Source: Gammaproteobacteria bacterium
GTDB taxonomy: Bacteria > Pseudomonadota > Gammaproteobacteria > Ga0077536
Length of the DNA stretch: 64,000 nt
Assembly: GCA_963662545.2 (NCBI GenBank)
Contig: CAXXLL010000002.1
Span: forward strand, 2,432,001-2,496,000
Reading direction: 5' to 3'
How positions within the stretch are numbered: position 1 is the first letter of the stretch; every line of letters starts with the position of its first letter. Below are positions 10,512 through 22,565 of this stretch, in pieces. The notes under the pieces are model-generated. The model did not search any database and had not been told where the DNA came from. It saw only the letters and a list, made by a program, of their open reading frames with translations. Position numbers and translations under genes: made by a program.

Positions 10512-10862
10512 TTACCTTTTGATCTTTTCCTTAATGCGGGCGGCTTTCCCTCGACGTTCGCGCATATAGTAAAGTTTTGCGCGCCGCACAACTCCACGTC
10601 GCTTGACCTCGATGTCGGCGATCATCGGACTATAGGTCTGGAACACACGCTCGACACCCTCTCCGTGGGAGATCTTACGGACCGTAAATGATGAGTTGAG
10701 CCCGCGGTTTCGTTTCGCGATGACGACGCCTTCGAAGGCTTGCAAACGCTCGCGATTGGCCTCCTTGACCCTGACCTGAACGACGATCGTGTCGCCGGCG
10801 CCGAAATCAGGCACTTCGCGTTGCATTTGTTCTGCTTCAATTTCAGCGATGATGTCCGCCAT
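10512..10862 (-). CDS. rplS: 50S ribosomal protein L19
   Basis: [33 protein letters not shown]. Confidence 0.98.
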   Translation of the reverse strand: MADIIAEIEAEQMQREVPDFGAGDTIVVQVRVKEANRERLQAFEGVVIAKRNRGLNSSFTVRKISHGEGVERVFQTYSPMIADIEVKRRGVVRRAKLYYMRERRGKAARIKEKIKR

Positions 10863-10972
10863 GACGCTTACTCTGGGATACAGGAAGCGCGCGATTCTAC
10901 ATCAAACGGTGCGCTAAAACCTATCTCAAGATCATTCGCGTACGCGAATGATCTTGAGATAGGTTCTGGACC

Positions 10973-11716
10973 CTATTTCGGGTTTTTCTCGAGAAATTCC
11001 TCCAGCAAGTTCCGGTCGTCTTCGCCCAAGGCCGCTGGCTCGAGCAGGTCGGGACGTTTGAAGAATGTTCGGCCGAGGCGCTGCATCCGGCGCCAGCGAT
11101 TGATGGCACGGTGATCGCCACTGAGAAGTACGGGAGGTACTGATTCGTCGCCGATGCGCTCGGGACGCGTATAGTGAGGGTAATCGAGCAAGCCTTCGCA
11201 AAACGAGTCCTCGAGCGCGGAACGCTCATCCCCGAGTGCGCCGGGGAGAAGACGCACGATCGCGTCGATCATGAGCATCGCCGGTATCTCGCCACCGCTC
11301 ACCACGAAATCCCCAACGGACCATTCGCTATCCACGTCGCGCTCCACGACCCGTTGGTCGATGCCTTCATAGCGCCCCGCAATCAGTATCAAGTGCTCGT
11401 AGGCCCCGAGTTCGCGCGCGCTCCGGTGATCGAAGCGCCGCCCCTGTGGGGTCAGATAGATGACGTGCGACCCTTGCGGTCGGGCGGCCTTCGCCGCCGT
11501 AATCGCTTTTCTCAAGGGCTCTACCATCATGATCATGCCTGGCCCGCCTCCATAGGGCGCATCGTCGACATTCCCGCGGCGATTCACTGCGAAATCCCGG
11601 GGATTGACGGTGTCGATCGCGGCCAAGCCACTCTCGAGGCAACGCCGCACAATCCCGGTCCGGCTAAAACTGTCGATGAACTCCGGAAACAGTGTCACGA
11701 TCGAAAACCGCTTCAT
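10973..11716 (-). CDS. trmD: tRNA (guanine-N1)-methyltransferase
   Basis: VDDAPYGGGPGM, GRYEGIDQR, SVGDFVVSGGE, YPHYTRPE; operon position. Confidence 0.97.
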   Translation of the reverse strand: MKRFSIVTLFPEFIDSFSRTGIVRRCLESGLAAIDTVNPRDFAVNRRGNVDDAPYGGGPGMIMMVEPLRKAITAAKAARPQGSHVIYLTPQGRRFDHRSARELGAYEHLILIAGRYEGIDQRVVERDVDSEWSVGDFVVSGGEIPAMLMIDAIVRLLPGALGDERSALEDSFCEGLLDYPHYTRPERIGDESVPPVLLSGDHRAINRWRRMQRLGRTFFKRPDLLEPAALGEDDRNLLEEFLEKNPK

Positions 11717-11782
11717 GATGGATGCCGGTACCAACACGTGCCGGAATGAGTCCGCCGAATCAGGAAATTTCTCACCGACCTG

Positions 11783-12337
11783 TCAATCATCGACGTGCCA
11801 GTCGACTCTGATCTCGGCGGCCTCCCAACTGATCTCATCGATGTATACACCTTCGACGAAGGGAATCAGGCGTTGTTCACGGCCTTCGACGCGAAGCACG
11901 TCGTTGGCGCCGGTTTCGATCAGCCCGGCGACCTGACCAAGAGGCTTGCCCTCGCGATTGACGACGTTCAAACCGATCAAATCGGCCCAGTAGTACTCGC
12001 CCGTCGCGGGTGCGGCTAACTGCTTTCGTTCGATCGCGATGTCTCGCCGCAGCAGCGTGGCCGCGGTATCACGGTCTTCGACGCCACGCAGCGACACGAT
12101 AAGCCCACTGCCATGCCGCTTCGCGGCAGCCACTGCATAAGCTTGCCAGGACCTGCCGTCCCGCAGATACCAGGCGGTGTAGTCGAGTAAATTTTCCCGT
12201 GGGCGGGTGTAGGAAAATACCTTGACCCAGCCATGAGTCCCGAATAAGCCGTTGATGCGTCCGACGACGATGGGATCCGTCAAGGAGCGCGCAATGTAAT
12301 CAGGCTGAAATGCCTGCACGTATCGCGCCGAACGCAC
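11783..12337 (-). CDS. rimM: Ribosome maturation factor RimM (true start may be TTG 12283)
   Basis: VGRINGLFGTHGWVKV, EYYWADLIGL, ETGANDVL; lies between rpsP and trmD. Confidence 0.95.
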   Translation of the reverse strand: MRSARYVQAFQPDYIARSLTDPIVVGRINGLFGTHGWVKVFSYTRPRENLLDYTAWYLRDGRSWQAYAVAAAKRHGSGLIVSLRGVEDRDTAATLLRRDIAIERKQLAAPATGEYYWADLIGLNVVNREGKPLGQVAGLIETGANDVLRVEGREQRLIPFVEGVYIDEISWEAAEIRVDWHVDD

Positions 12338-12384
12338 TCGTCGGTATTACGCCGCCACGCAGGCGCACGGCGGCGATCGTCCCG

Positions 12385-12633
12385 TCAAGCCGTGGCGGAG
12401 TGCTTCTCAACGAGCTTTTGAACGCGGTCAGACGGCTGCGCGCCGACCGATATCCAGTAGTCATACCGTTCCTGGGTTATTCGAAAGGCTTCTTCGTTCT
12501 CTGTCGCGATCGGGTTAAAGAATCCGATGCGCTCGATGTGTCGGCCATCACGCCGGTCCCTACGGTCAGCGACTACGATATGGTAGAAAGGCCTTTTCTT
12601 AGCGCCGGCGCGTGACAATCGAATCGTTACCAT
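12385..12633 (-). CDS. rpsP: 30S ribosomal protein S16
   Basis: [23 protein letters not shown]...RDGR. Confidence 0.98.
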   Translation of the reverse strand: MVTIRLSRAGAKKRPFYHIVVADRRDRRDGRHIERIGFFNPIATENEEAFRITQERYDYWISVGAQPSDRVQKLVEKHSATA

Positions 12634-12977
12634 GAATTATTTCCTCGGTGCGCCGCCTCGAACCTCGGCGCGGCTGCAGATCTGTTGGGGCGCTTCCCGG
12701 ACGCCTGAATGGGCGCGCATTTTAAGAGAATTTCCGACCGGAAATAAAGGCTTTTAGCTCGGCACCGACACGACGGACTCGACGACTCGAATTCATTGGA
12801 AGAAATCGACGCCGCGCGCCCCTGCGTGCCCGGCGCGAAGAATTTCCGCCGGCGCCCTGCGACCCGCCAGATCAGCGCGGCCTGTCTCGTCCATTGTGCG
12901 GCTGCGCGCACGACCCGTATTCGTTTGCGTCTCGAGCGCCTTCGTGCAATAGACGCGGAGCAGCTTATTGAGCTCAG

Positions 12978-13139
12978 GGAACCTCTGAATAAGTCATGTC
13001 CCATCTGCCTTGCCCATGAAATCGCGGAGCCTTAGGTTACGAATCTTGCCCATAGTCCCCGCTATGGCCTGCGATCCGTGCTTTGCTCAGCACCCTTCCT
13101 CGATCCACTCAGACGCACCATGACTTATGCAGAGGTTTC
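12978..13139. mobile_element. MITE family A copy 2
   Basis: Same terminal inverted repeats and internal sequence; flanks TCAG/TTAG. Confidence 0.88.
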
Positions 13140-13280
13140 TTAGCAAAAAGTGGTGAAAATACCCTATTTGGATGAGGACTAAACACCCTATTTTTGCGTC
13201 GAAGCACGGTCTATCTGCACTAGCTGCTCCACCCGCCTCAATCTGAATTCCGCATTCCGACTGGGTGCTGACGGCGGCGA

Positions 13281-13360
13281 ATAGAAATTAAAGTAAATTA
13301 TAAATAATGATTACAACTAGTTGATATTATAATTTATTATTACTATAGTTTAAGTCAATT
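13281..13360 (+). promoter_or_regulatory. Very AT-rich probable promoter/regulatory region of the SPOR gene
   Basis: About 80 bp almost free of G/C; TATAAT at 13328-13333. Confidence 0.4.
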
Positions 13361-13378
13361 CGAAGTGATGGAAAGGTC

Positions 13379-14005
13379 ATGAGATCCACCATCGTGCCAT
13401 TGGTTGTGCTGCTGTTGGCGGGTTGCGCGGACCTGCCGGTTGAATTAAAACCAGGCGCCCGGCCAGATACGGGCGTGACCCACGAGCGTCGAGCCAACTC
13501 ACCTCCGATTTACGCGGGAGTCTCCCGAGCATCCTGGCGCGAATGCAGAATGATCCGAGCGATCGACGGATACGCCGTGTGTGCACCAAAAGCTCACGAG
13601 GTCACGCCGACGACGGCTTTGCCGGAGAGTTCCCGCAAACTTGACGTGGCTCTGCATATTCCCGCGCCGCAGGCGACCCTCGTCGATCACGATGCCTCCG
13701 GACAGGTCGCAGGGCGATATCTCGTCATCGGAAGCTTTCGCGAACGGGGCAATGCCGAACGTTGGGCCGAATTCAATGCCGAATTCGGGACCGGGGTTCA
13801 TGCGACCCACCGCCCCGGACCGCCCGTTTATCGGGTCCTCGTGGGACCGCTCGATGACAGCGATGTCACCGCCATCCTGCGCGAGATACTCGCAGCCGTC
13901 GGCGTCGGTGAAAGCTGGCGGCTATCGATCTGTGGCAAATCAGCCAGGCCGGGCACGTGTCGCGACTTCGAACAAGCCAACCTGGCGACGGTTGCTGAAC
14001 TCTAA
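13379..14005 (+). CDS. Lipoprotein with SPOR-like domain
   Basis: Lipobox LLAGC; YLVIGSFRERGNA...YRVLVGP SPOR pattern. Confidence 0.7.
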   Translation: MRSTIVPLVVLLLAGCADLPVELKPGARPDTGVTHERRANSPPIYAGVSRASWRECRMIRAIDGYAVCAPKAHEVTPTTALPESSRKLDVALHIPAPQATLVDHDASGQVAGRYLVIGSFRERGNAERWAEFNAEFGTGVHATHRPGPPVYRVLVGPLDDSDVTAILREILAAVGVGESWRLSICGKSARPGTCRDFEQANLATVAEL

Positions 14006-14050
14006 CACTCTGTCGGACTTATGGAACCCCTGAATAAGTCAACGAGTTCC

Positions 14051-14080
14051 AACCATTAAGCGCTTGAGCGCCTAATGGTT
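14051..14080. terminator. Hairpin between the convergent SPOR gene and pnp
   Basis: AACCATTAAGCGC-TTGA-GCGCCTAATGGTT; no clear U-tract. Confidence 0.4.
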
Positions 14081-14107
14081 GCCGGTAGCAGTACCGGAAT
14101 GAGGCTG

Positions 14108-16186
14108 TTAGACCGCTTTCATGCTGAGGCGAATGCGGCCCTGCTTATCGACCTCTAGTACTTTCACCTTGACCATGTCGCCCTCGGACAGCTTGTCGCT
14201 GACGTTTTCGACGCGCTCATTAGAAATTTGGGAAATGTGGACCAGCCCGTCTTTCCCCGGAAGAATATTCACGAAGGCGCCGAAATCCATCAGTTTTGCC
14301 ACCCGGCCTTCGTAGATCGTGCCGACCTCAACGTCCGCCGTGATCGCCTCTACCCGCGCCTTGGCGGCCTGGCCGGCGGCCTTGTCGACCGACGCGATTT
14401 TTACCGTACCGTCGTCGTCGATATCGATCGTCGCGCCCGTTTCCTCGGTGATCTGGCGAATGGTTGAACCACCCTTACCGATCACGTCGCGGATTTTGTC
14501 CGGCGCGATCTTCACGATGATAATGCGCGGGGCATATTCAGACATCTCCTCACGCGAGCGTTCGAGGACCTTATTCATTTCTCCGAGGATGTGCATCCGT
14601 CCGTCCTTTGCCTGCGCCAGCGCGGCCTCCATGATCTCGCGCGTAATGCCGCTGATCTTGATGTCCATCTGCAGCGCAGTCACGCCCTCTGACGTACCGG
14701 CGACCTTGAAGTCCATGTCCCCGAGGTGGTCTTCGTCACCCATGATGTCCGACAGGACGACGAAACGGTCACCCTCTTTGATCAGACCCATGGCGATACC
14801 CGCGACAGGTGTCTTGATTGGAACCCCGGCATCCATTAGTGACAGGCTCGTCCCGCACACCGTGGCCATCGAACTCGACCCGTTGGACTCGGTAATTTCG
14901 GATACCACGCGAATGACGTAGGGAAAGGTGGTCATGTCCGGCATGACCGCAAGAATGGCCCGCTTGGCCAAACGGCCGTGGCCGATTTCGCGGCGCTTAG
15001 GCGATCCCACCCGGCCTGTTTCGCCAACGCAGAACGGTGGAAAATTGTAATGCAGCATGAACGGATCGCGATGCTCTCCCTCGATAGCGTCGACAATCTG
15101 GGAATCCCGCTCGGTACCGAGCGCCACTATCACGATGGCCTGGGTCTCCCCGCGCGTGAACAGCGCGGATCCATGGGTGCGCGGTAATACCCCCACTTCC
15201 ACGTCGATCTTCCGTATATCCGCGTTACCGCGGCCGTCGATACGGGGATTGCCGTCGATGATGCTCCCGCGGACGATGTCATACTCCAGTTTATCCAAGA
15301 TGGTCTCAATTTCGTCTTCAGCCCAGGTCGCACCGTCGATCTCGGCGATCTGAGTCAAGACCTCCGCGCGTAGGGCGGACAGCCGATCACGACGATCCAG
15401 TTTGTCGACGATTTTGTAAGCTTCGACGAGCGGATCCCGGTAATGGTTGGAAATGAGCGTCTCCAGATCGGTTTTCGGCTCCGGGGGCTGCCACTCCCAC
15501 GGCGTCGGTTTGATCTGCGCGGCCAGATCGTTGATGGCCTTGATCGCAACCTGCATCTGCTCATGGCCGAACATCACCGCGTCCAGCATGACTTCCTCGG
15601 ATAATCCACTCGCTTCGGATTCGACCATCAATACAGACGTCGCGGTGCCCGCGACGACGAGGTTGAGGTCGGAATCGTCAAGCGCGCCGAAACTCGGGTT
15701 GAGAAGGTACTCGCCATTCTTGTACCCAACCCGTGCGGCGCCGATAGGCCCAGCGAACGGCAAACCCGATATGACCAGGGCCGCTGACGCCCCGATCAGG
15801 GCTGGGATGTCCGGATCGACATCGGGATCTAAGGACATCACGGTACAGATGATCTGTACCTCGTTTTTGAAGCCCTTGGGAAACAACGGCCTGACTGGGC
15901 GGTCGATGAGTCGGCAGGTGAGTGTTTCCTTTTCCGACGGCCGGCCTTCCCGTTTGAAAAATCCTCCGGGTATCTTTCCGGCTGCGTAAGTACGCTCCTG
16001 GTAGTCGACAGTGAGCGGGAAAAAATCGCGCGAAGGATCGCCCTTTTTCCGGCCGACCACGGTCGCCATGATGACGGTGTCACCCATCGTGACTAGGACT
16101 GCGCCGGAGGCTTGGCGCGCAACCTTTCCTGTTTCGAGCCGAACCTGGTGGCTACCGTAATCGAATGAGACCGTGGATGGCGACAT
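14108..16186 (-). CDS. pnp: Polyribonucleotide nucleotidyltransferase
   Basis: [43 protein letters not shown] and S1 domains. Confidence 0.98.
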   Translation of the reverse strand: MSPSTVSFDYGSHQVRLETGKVARQASGAVLVTMGDTVIMATVVGRKKGDPSRDFFPLTVDYQERTYAAGKIPGGFFKREGRPSEKETLTCRLIDRPVRPLFPKGFKNEVQIICTVMSLDPDVDPDIPALIGASAALVISGLPFAGPIGAARVGYKNGEYLLNPSFGALDDSDLNLVVAGTATSVLMVESEASGLSEEVMLDAVMFGHEQMQVAIKAINDLAAQIKPTPWEWQPPEPKTDLETLISNHYRDPLVEAYKIVDKLDRRDRLSALRAEVLTQIAEIDGATWAEDEIETILDKLEYDIVRGSIIDGNPRIDGRGNADIRKIDVEVGVLPRTHGSALFTRGETQAIVIVALGTERDSQIVDAIEGEHRDPFMLHYNFPPFCVGETGRVGSPKRREIGHGRLAKRAILAVMPDMTTFPYVIRVVSEITESNGSSSMATVCGTSLSLMDAGVPIKTPVAGIAMGLIKEGDRFVVLSDIMGDEDHLGDMDFKVAGTSEGVTALQMDIKISGITREIMEAALAQAKDGRMHILGEMNKVLERSREEMSEYAPRIIIVKIAPDKIRDVIGKGGSTIRQITEETGATIDIDDDGTVKIASVDKAAGQAAKARVEAITADVEVGTIYEGRVAKLMDFGAFVNILPGKDGLVHISQISNERVENVSDKLSEGDMVKVKVLEVDKQGRIRLSMKAV

Positions 16187-16276
16187 ATTTACTACCTATT
16201 CATGCAACAAAAGAGCCGCTGTGAGGCGGGGGCTCGGCGGGGTGTATTTGAATGGGAAACGGCTTGCGTCTCGGGC

Positions 16277-16546
16277 TTACTTTCTCAAGCCCAAGCGTGA
16301 GATCAATCCGCGATAGCGCTCGACGCTGCCTTTTCTGAGGTAGTCGAGCATCTTGCGGCGGCGGTTGACCATGCGCAGCAATCCCTGGCGGGAATGGTTG
16401 TCGTGCGTATGCTCCTTGAAATGTTCCGACAAATCGTTGATGCGCGCAGACAACAACGCGACCTGCACCTCGGGCGACCCGGTGTCCGTGCCGGACAATT
16501 GATATTCACTGATGATCGCACTCTTATGCTCGTTCGACAAAGCCAT
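16277..16546 (-). CDS. rpsO: 30S ribosomal protein S15
   Basis: [27 protein letters not shown]. Confidence 0.98.
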   Translation of the reverse strand: MALSNEHKSAIISEYQLSGTDTGSPEVQVALLSARINDLSEHFKEHTHDNHSRQGLLRMVNRRRKMLDYLRKGSVERYRGLISRLGLRK

Positions 16547-16639
16547 CTAGGGACTCCCTATGCTTGCTACCGGTCTTTTCAAACAACCGCGCATTCTAAC
16601 CATGAGGCTTCCACCTCACAAGAAATTTATATGCTCTAA

Positions 16640-16801
16640 GGAACCTCTGAATAAGTCATGGTGCGTCTGAATGGTTCATGCAATGGTGCAGAGCAAGGCA
16701 CGAATCGCAGGCCATAGCGGGGACTATGGACAAGGTTCGTCGGTTAAGGCTCCGCGATTTCATGGGCAAGGCAGAGGGGCCATGACTTATTCAGAGGTTC
16801 C
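16640..16801. mobile_element. MITE family A copy 3 (reverse orientation)
   Basis: Inverted termini GGAACCTCTGAATAAGTCATGG; CTAA duplicated; the right CTAA contains the truB stop codon. Confidence 0.92.
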
Positions 16802-17869
16802 CTAAGGCGCCGAATCGCTCTGGGATCCAGACGCCGGTAAATGAAACAGCCGCCGCGGCGCGACCCGACCATCGTCGAGGATCTCGCCGACCCCGACGAA
16901 TTGCTCGCCCGCACTGTAAAGTCGCAACAGGCCCGAGGTCGGCGCGCGAGGAACCAGGACCGGCTGCCCGCGGGCCACGTAATACTCCGCATCTTCCGTC
17001 AACGCGATGCTCGGCATGAATTCGAGCGCGGTATCTAGCGGCAACAAGACTTTATCGAGCATCTCAATCCCTTCCTCCGCGACGCGCTCGAGTGCGGGAA
17101 TCGACCATGCGTCGGCGAGCTGATAAGCACCTACCCGCTCCCGCCGCAGTGCGGAAACGTGAGCGCCGCACGCGAGCTTTTTTCTCCCAGGTCTGGAGCA
17201 GGACCGGCTGCCCGCGGGCTTACATTCATGAATTCCACGCGCTCGTACCCGCTCCCGCCGCATGTGAGCGCCGCACGCGAGCTTTTCTCCCAGGTCTTCG
17301 GCCAGCGTACGGATGTAGGTCCCCTTGGAGCAGCTTACATTGACCACCAGTCGGGGATTCGAAAATTCCCTTATCGTAAATTCGCGAATGTGGACGGTGC
17401 GTTTCGGCCGCTCTACCTCGATCCCCTGGCGTGCGAGTTTATAAAGCGGCTGCCCGTTGCGCTTGATAGCCGAATACATCGGTGGTATCTGCTCGATCGT
17501 TCCCACGAATCCGCGCAAGGCTGCTTCGATGGCATCGCGTTCGATGCCCTCGGTCGAGGCGGTGCTGAGGATCGCTCCTTCACCGTCGCCCGTTGTAGTC
17601 CGCGCTCCGAGCGTGAATTCGGCGACGTAGCGCTTGTCGGCATCGAGAAGGTACCGGCACACCTTAGTCGCTTCGCCGAAACATACGGGCAGCAGGCCGT
17701 CGGCCTGAACGTCGAGGTTACCCGTGTGGCCCGCTTTGCGTGCACCGAATATGCGCTTGGCCTTTTGCAACGCGTCGTTGGAACTGATGCCTCGAGGTTT
17801 GTCGAGCAGCAGTATGCCGTCCACGTCGCGTCCGCGTTTATGCCGCCGTGCACGGCGATTCGCACTCAC
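16802..17869 (-). CDS. truB: tRNA pseudouridine(55) synthase with a 35-aa mosaic insertion
   Basis: KAGHTGNLD, QIPPMYSAIK, CSKGTYIRTL; KLACGAH occurs twice around a 105-bp insert. Confidence 0.93.
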   Translation of the reverse strand: MSANRRARRHKRGRDVDGILLLDKPRGISSNDALQKAKRIFGARKAGHTGNLDVQADGLLPVCFGEATKVCRYLLDADKRYVAEFTLGARTTTGDGEGAILSTASTEGIERDAIEAALRGFVGTIEQIPPMYSAIKRNGQPLYKLARQGIEVERPKRTVHIREFTIREFSNPRLVVNVSCSKGTYIRTLAEDLGEKLACGAHMRRERVRARGIHECKPAGSRSCSRPGRKKLACGAHVSALRRERVGAYQLADAWSIPALERVAEEGIEMLDKVLLPLDTALEFMPSIALTEDAEYYVARGQPVLVPRAPTSGLLRLYSAGEQFVGVGEILDDGRVAPRRLFHLPASGSQSDSAP

Positions 17870-18240
17870 TTACTCACACCATTTCCTCGCCTGTCATTTG
17901 AAGAGCGGAGTAAGCGATTGATTCGATCGCTGCGTTCCGCGCCTTCGTCGCTGCGAAAACTCAGTACCGGTGTTCTCTTCGTGGTCAGGGAACGCGCCAG
18001 TTGCGTTTGCAATTTGCTTGATCGTTGGTCGAGGTATTTAAGAAAATCTTCTTGCGCCGATTGGTCGGCGTAAACGCTGAGATAGACCGTCCCGCGGCGC
18101 ATGTCTGGCGACAGCTCTACGCCGGTAATCGTCGCGAGACCGACGCCGTGATTTCTTGCCAATTCGCCGACCGGCGCCGCCAAGATTCGCTGTACTGTCG
18201 ACGCCACCCGATCGAGCCGGCTGAATTCGCGTTTCACCAT
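17866..18240 (-). CDS. rbfA: Ribosome-binding factor A
   Basis: RLDRVA...ITGVELSPDMR...TPVLSF; lies between infB and truB. Confidence 0.9.
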   Translation of the reverse strand: MVKREFSRLDRVASTVQRILAAPVGELARNHGVGLATITGVELSPDMRRGTVYLSVYADQSAQEDFLKYLDQRSSKLQTQLARSLTTKRTPVLSFRSDEGAERSDRINRLLRSSNDRRGNGVSK

Positions 18241-18245
18241 GCGGG

Positions 18246-20810
18246 CTAGATCGACCGCGCGACCTCAACCCGTTCGAAAACTTCGATCTGGTCGCCGGCT
18301 TTAACGTCGTTGTAGTTCTTGACCCCGATTCCACACTCGGTACCGGAGCGCACCTCGTTTACGTCATCCTTAAACCGCCGCAAAGATTCGAGTTCTCCTT
18401 CGTAGACCACGACATTCTCCCGCAGCACCCGAATCGGACTGCTCCGCTTGACGATGCCCTCGGACACGATGCAGCCGGCGATCGCACCGAGTTGCGAAGA
18501 TCGAAAAACGTCCTTTACCTGGGCGATGCCGATAATCGATTCGCGAATTTCCGGTGACAGCAGCCCATTGAGCGCGGCCTTGACATCGTCGATCACTTCG
18601 TAGATGACACTGTAGTAGCGCAGGTCCAAGCCCTCTTCCTCGACTAATCTGCGTGCGGCCGAATCGGCACGCACGTTGAAACCGATGATCGTGGCGCGTG
18701 CGGCCAAGGCCAGATTAACGTCAGACTCGTTGATTCCACCCACACCCGTCGACACGAAATTGACATGGACCTCTTCGTTGCCGAGCTTGAGCAGAGCATC
18801 CGAAAGCGCCTCGCTCGAACCCTGCACATCCGCTTTCAAGAGAATTCGCACCGATGACTGCTCGCCCTCCTTCATCTGCGAGAACATGTTTTCGAGCTTG
18901 GCGGCCTGCTGTCGGGCCAACTTGGAATCGCGATCTTTGCCGACGCGGTAAGACGCTATCTCGCGGGCTTTGCGCTCGTCGTCGACCACCGTTGCCTCGT
19001 CGCCGGCGTTGGGCGTTCCCGATAATCCGAGAACCTCGACGGGATCCGACGGCCCGGCTTCTTCGAGTTGGACGCCACGGGCATCCGTCACCGCCCTGAC
19101 GCGGCCGAATTCGGTACCGGTCAGCAGAATATCGCCGCGCCTCAGTCGCCCGCTTTGAATCAGGACCGTCGCTACCGGGCCGCGCCCCTTGTCCAGCCGC
19201 GATTCAATCACGGTGCCCTTCGCCGGGCCGTTCGCTACGGCCTTGAGCTCGAGGACTTCCGCCTGCAATGAAATCGCTTCCAGCAATCCATCGATGCCTT
19301 CGCCCGTCGTCGCCGAGACGTTGACAAACTGCGTGTCGCCGCCCCAGTCCTCCGGAATGACCTCGCGATTCGCCATCTCTTGCTTGATGCGCTCGGGATC
19401 GGCATCCGGTTTGTCGATCTTGTTGACCGCCACGATCATGGGAACACCGCCGGCCTTGGCATGATTCAGCGCCTCCTCGGTTTGCGGCATCACGCCGTCA
19501 TCCGCGGCCACGACGAGGATGACGATATCGGTGACTTTCGCACCGCGTGCACGCATCGCGGTAAAAGCCTCATGGCCAGGCGTATCGATAAAAGTGATCG
19601 CACCCGAGTCAATTTCAACTCGGTAGGCACCGATGTGCTGGGTAATCCCACCCGCTTCGCCGGCCGCGACGCGGGATTTCCGAATATAGTCGAGCAATGA
19701 AGTTTTACCGTGGTCGACATGCCCCATGATGGTGACGACCGGAGGCCGCGGCTCGACTTCACCCTGATCTGGCGTTACTTCCCGCAGTTCCTCTTCGATC
19801 GCATTTTCGCGAATGATCTTCGCCCGGTGTCCCATTTCCTCGACCACGATCGTGGCGGTATCCTGATCGATGACTTGGTTGATAGTCACCATGCTGCCGA
19901 GGTTCATCATCGCCTTGATGACCTCGGCTGCCTTGACCGACATGCGCTGCGCAAGTTCGGCGACGGTCAGGCTTTCAGGGATCGCCACATCACGCACAAC
20001 GGGCTCCGTCGGGCGTTCGAAAGCGTGTTTCGCGGTGGTTGGAGCGACGACGCGGCGCGCCGTTGGTCTCTTGCGCCGACGACCGGTTTTATCGCTCGCA
20101 ACGTGCAGCTCCTTGCGTCCAAAGCGGGTATCACGATCCTCGCGTTCGCGGCCTTTGGATTTCTGCGATCCCTTCTTCTTATCCGGCGCGGGCGGCTCGC
20201 CCGGCCTCGGACGTGAGGCGGCTGGGTCGATCTCCGCAGGCGGTGGCGCAGACTGCTGTGCCTTGGCCTCGACACGGGCACGTTCCTGCGCGGCAGCGGC
20301 CTCCACCACACGCCGTTCTTCTTCTTCACGCTGTTGAATTTCGGCTTCTTTGCGGGCGCGTTCAGCCTCAATGCGCTCTTCTTCCGCCCGGACTTGGGCT
20401 TCTTCTTCGGCCTTGACGCGATCGCGCTCGGCCGTCTCTTTTTCGATCCGCACCGCTTCCTCTTCGGCAACGACGCTACGTTTGACGTAAGTTCTCTTCT
20501 TCCTGACTTCGACGCTGACGGTCTTACCGACTACCGCTCTGGGACCGCGCGCCCGCAGCCGCCCTCGTTCTGCGGGAACTTTGAGTTCGCTGAGGGTCTT
20601 GCGCTGCATTGTAATTTTCGAGGGCTCCAAAGCCGCCTCGTTTTTGCCGTGCATCTTGCGCAGGTAGGAAAGCAGTCGGCTTTTTTCGTCGTCAGATATC
20701 TTGTCTTCGGGATCCTTCTCGGCAAGGCCTGCTTCGGAGAGCTGCTGCATGAGGCGATCGACGGGAATGCCAACGACGCCGGCGAATTGTTGCACGGTCA
20801 CCTCAGCCAT
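18246..20810 (-). CDS. infB: Translation initiation factor IF-2
   Basis: [34 protein letters not shown]. Start at MAEVTV (20810). Confidence 0.98.
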   Translation of the reverse strand: MAEVTVQQFAGVVGIPVDRLMQQLSEAGLAEKDPEDKISDDEKSRLLSYLRKMHGKNEAALEPSKITMQRKTLSELKVPAERGRLRARGPRAVVGKTVSVEVRKKRTYVKRSVVAEEEAVRIEKETAERDRVKAEEEAQVRAEEERIEAERARKEAEIQQREEEERRVVEAAAAQERARVEAKAQQSAPPPAEIDPAASRPRPGEPPAPDKKKGSQKSKGREREDRDTRFGRKELHVASDKTGRRRKRPTARRVVAPTTAKHAFERPTEPVVRDVAIPESLTVAELAQRMSVKAAEVIKAMMNLGSMVTINQVIDQDTATIVVEEMGHRAKIIRENAIEEELREVTPDQGEVEPRPPVVTIMGHVDHGKTSLLDYIRKSRVAAGEAGGITQHIGAYRVEIDSGAITFIDTPGHEAFTAMRARGAKVTDIVILVVAADDGVMPQTEEALNHAKAGGVPMIVAVNKIDKPDADPERIKQEMANREVIPEDWGGDTQFVNVSATTGEGIDGLLEAISLQAEVLELKAVANGPAKGTVIESRLDKGRGPVATVLIQSGRLRRGDILLTGTEFGRVRAVTDARGVQLEEAGPSDPVEVLGLSGTPNAGDEATVVDDERKAREIASYRVGKDRDSKLARQQAAKLENMFSQMKEGEQSSVRILLKADVQGSSEALSDALLKLGNEEVHVNFVSTGVGGINESDVNLALAARATIIGFNVRADSAARRLVEEEGLDLRYYSVIYEVIDDVKAALNGLLSPEIRESIIGIAQVKDVFRSSQLGAIAGCIVSEGIVKRSSPIRVLRENVVVYEGELESLRRFKDDVNEVRSGTECGIGVKNYNDVKAGDQIEVFERVEVARSI

Positions 20811-22401
20811 TGACCTGCTCCTCAAGCTCGCTGCTTTGTTCAAGTTCAGCGAACCACGGTTCCCGTGCCTTCATAATCAAAGTGCCAGCGCGTTCTGCTT
20901 CCAAATCCCCCAGCTCGAGCAACTCGTCGACCGACTGTTCTGCCAGGTTGTCCATGGTCAAGATCCCGGCTGCTGCCAAGCGGAACGCAAGGTCTTCGTC
21001 CATGCCTTCCATGGTCAACAGATCGTCGGCCGGACGTGCATCGCCGATGCGCTCTTCATTGGCGATGGCGCGCGTCAACAAAAGGTCTTTCGCGCGTTGC
21101 CGCAATTCCAGCACCAGCGCTTTGTCGAATTCCTCGACATCGATCATTTCCTGCTCCGGGACGTAGGCAACTTCCTCGATCGAAATAAAGCCCTCCTGCA
21201 CGAGAATGATCGCGACTTCCTCGTCGACATCGAGTAAGTCCATGAACATCTGCTGGTTCTTTTGCTGGTCTTCCTCGCCCTTCTGGACCGCGTCGGTCTC
21301 GGTCATCACGTTGAGTTCCCAGCCCGTGAGCTTGCTCGCCAGACGTACGTTTTGCCCATTCCTGCCGATCGCCTGGGACAACTGATCCTCGACCACCGCC
21401 ACATCCATGGTGCGTGTGTCTTCGTCGACCAGTATGGAGACGACCTCGGCGGGTGACATCGCATTGATTACGAATTGGGCCGGATTTTCATCCCACAGGA
21501 TGATATCCACGCGTTCACCGCCGAGTTCATTTGAAACCGCCTGCACCCGTGAGCCGCGCATGCCGACGCAGGCGCCGACCGGGTCGATGCGCGGATCGTT
21601 GCTCCTGACCGCGATTTTCGCGCGTAACCCGGGATCCCGCGCGGCTTCCAGCACGTCGATCACGCCTTCTCCAATTTCGGGCACTTCGAGCTTAAACAGC
21701 TCGATCAGCAGTTCTTTGACCGTGCGGCTGACGAACAATTGCGGTCCGCGCTTCTCGGAACGCACGTCGAAAAGATATCCCCTGATGCGGTCTCCAGCGC
21801 GGATCAGTTCGCGCGGAATGAGTTGATCCTTGAGGATCGCGGCTTCCGCGTTGCCGCCGAGATCGATGAATACGTTGCTGCGCTCAACCCGCTTGACCAC
21901 GCCCATGACGAGTTCGCCGACGCGATCTTGATAGGCCTCGACCACCTGCGCTCGCTCGGCTTCGCGAACTTTCTGCACGATGACCTGCTTGGCCGTCTGC
22001 GCTGCGATGCGGCCAAATTCGGCGGCCTCTAGCGGCGCTTCGATGAAATCGCCGCGATTCAACGCGGCTTGATCTTTGCGCGCGTCTGCGAGCCAGATTT
22101 GACGATCCGGGTAGGGCAGTTCACCGGCGGCAATCATCGCGGCCGCTTCCTGCGCTTCTTCGAAACCCTCTTCTTCCTCGTCGATCTCCGCTATGTGCTC
22201 GGGATCGACGACTTCCCAACGACGGAACGCCTCATAAGAGCCCGATTCACGGTCGATAGAAACACGACAGTCGATGTCCTCGGTGATGCCCTTCTTGGTC
22301 GCACTGGCGAGCGCAGCTTCGAGGGCATCGAAAATGATGTCCTTGCTGACGCCCTTCTCGGCGGAGACGACATCCACAACTGTTAAGATCTCTTTATCCA
22401 T
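20803..22401 (-). CDS. nusA: Transcription termination/antitermination factor NusA
   Basis: [40 protein letters not shown]-terminal ARE.WF. Confidence 0.98.
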   Translation of the reverse strand: MDKEILTVVDVVSAEKGVSKDIIFDALEAALASATKKGITEDIDCRVSIDRESGSYEAFRRWEVVDPEHIAEIDEEEEGFEEAQEAAAMIAAGELPYPDRQIWLADARKDQAALNRGDFIEAPLEAAEFGRIAAQTAKQVIVQKVREAERAQVVEAYQDRVGELVMGVVKRVERSNVFIDLGGNAEAAILKDQLIPRELIRAGDRIRGYLFDVRSEKRGPQLFVSRTVKELLIELFKLEVPEIGEGVIDVLEAARDPGLRAKIAVRSNDPRIDPVGACVGMRGSRVQAVSNELGGERVDIILWDENPAQFVINAMSPAEVVSILVDEDTRTMDVAVVEDQLSQAIGRNGQNVRLASKLTGWELNVMTETDAVQKGEEDQQKNQQMFMDLLDVDEEVAIILVQEGFISIEEVAYVPEQEMIDVEEFDKALVLELRQRAKDLLLTRAIANEERIGDARPADDLLTMEGMDEDLAFRLAAAGILTMDNLAEQSVDELLELGDLEAERAGTLIMKAREPWFAELEQSSELEEQVNG

Positions 22402-22565
22402 CGGTTCTCTACCTGTTCGGCTTCAAACATCGAGGGCGTATCAACGGCCCCATTTCCATCACTGCCCGCGTTGCTGGCGAGCCACCGGCCGCGACCTTTC
22501 CGTCAGCAATACCGTCATCCAGGGCCGAACAGAAACCGTTGTTCGCGGCACCGCTCGGCGGTTCG

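Noticed and set aside
14023-14040. Solo MITE A end GGAACCCCTGAATAAGTC (weaker one near 61301-61319)
   Set aside because: Only about 18 bp with no internal sequence; a probable remnant, not counted as a copy.
22130-22210. Acidic insertion in the NusA N-terminal domain ([14 protein letters not shown])
   Set aside because: In frame and in a region that is length-variable among NusA proteins; no sign of a mobile or regulatory element.
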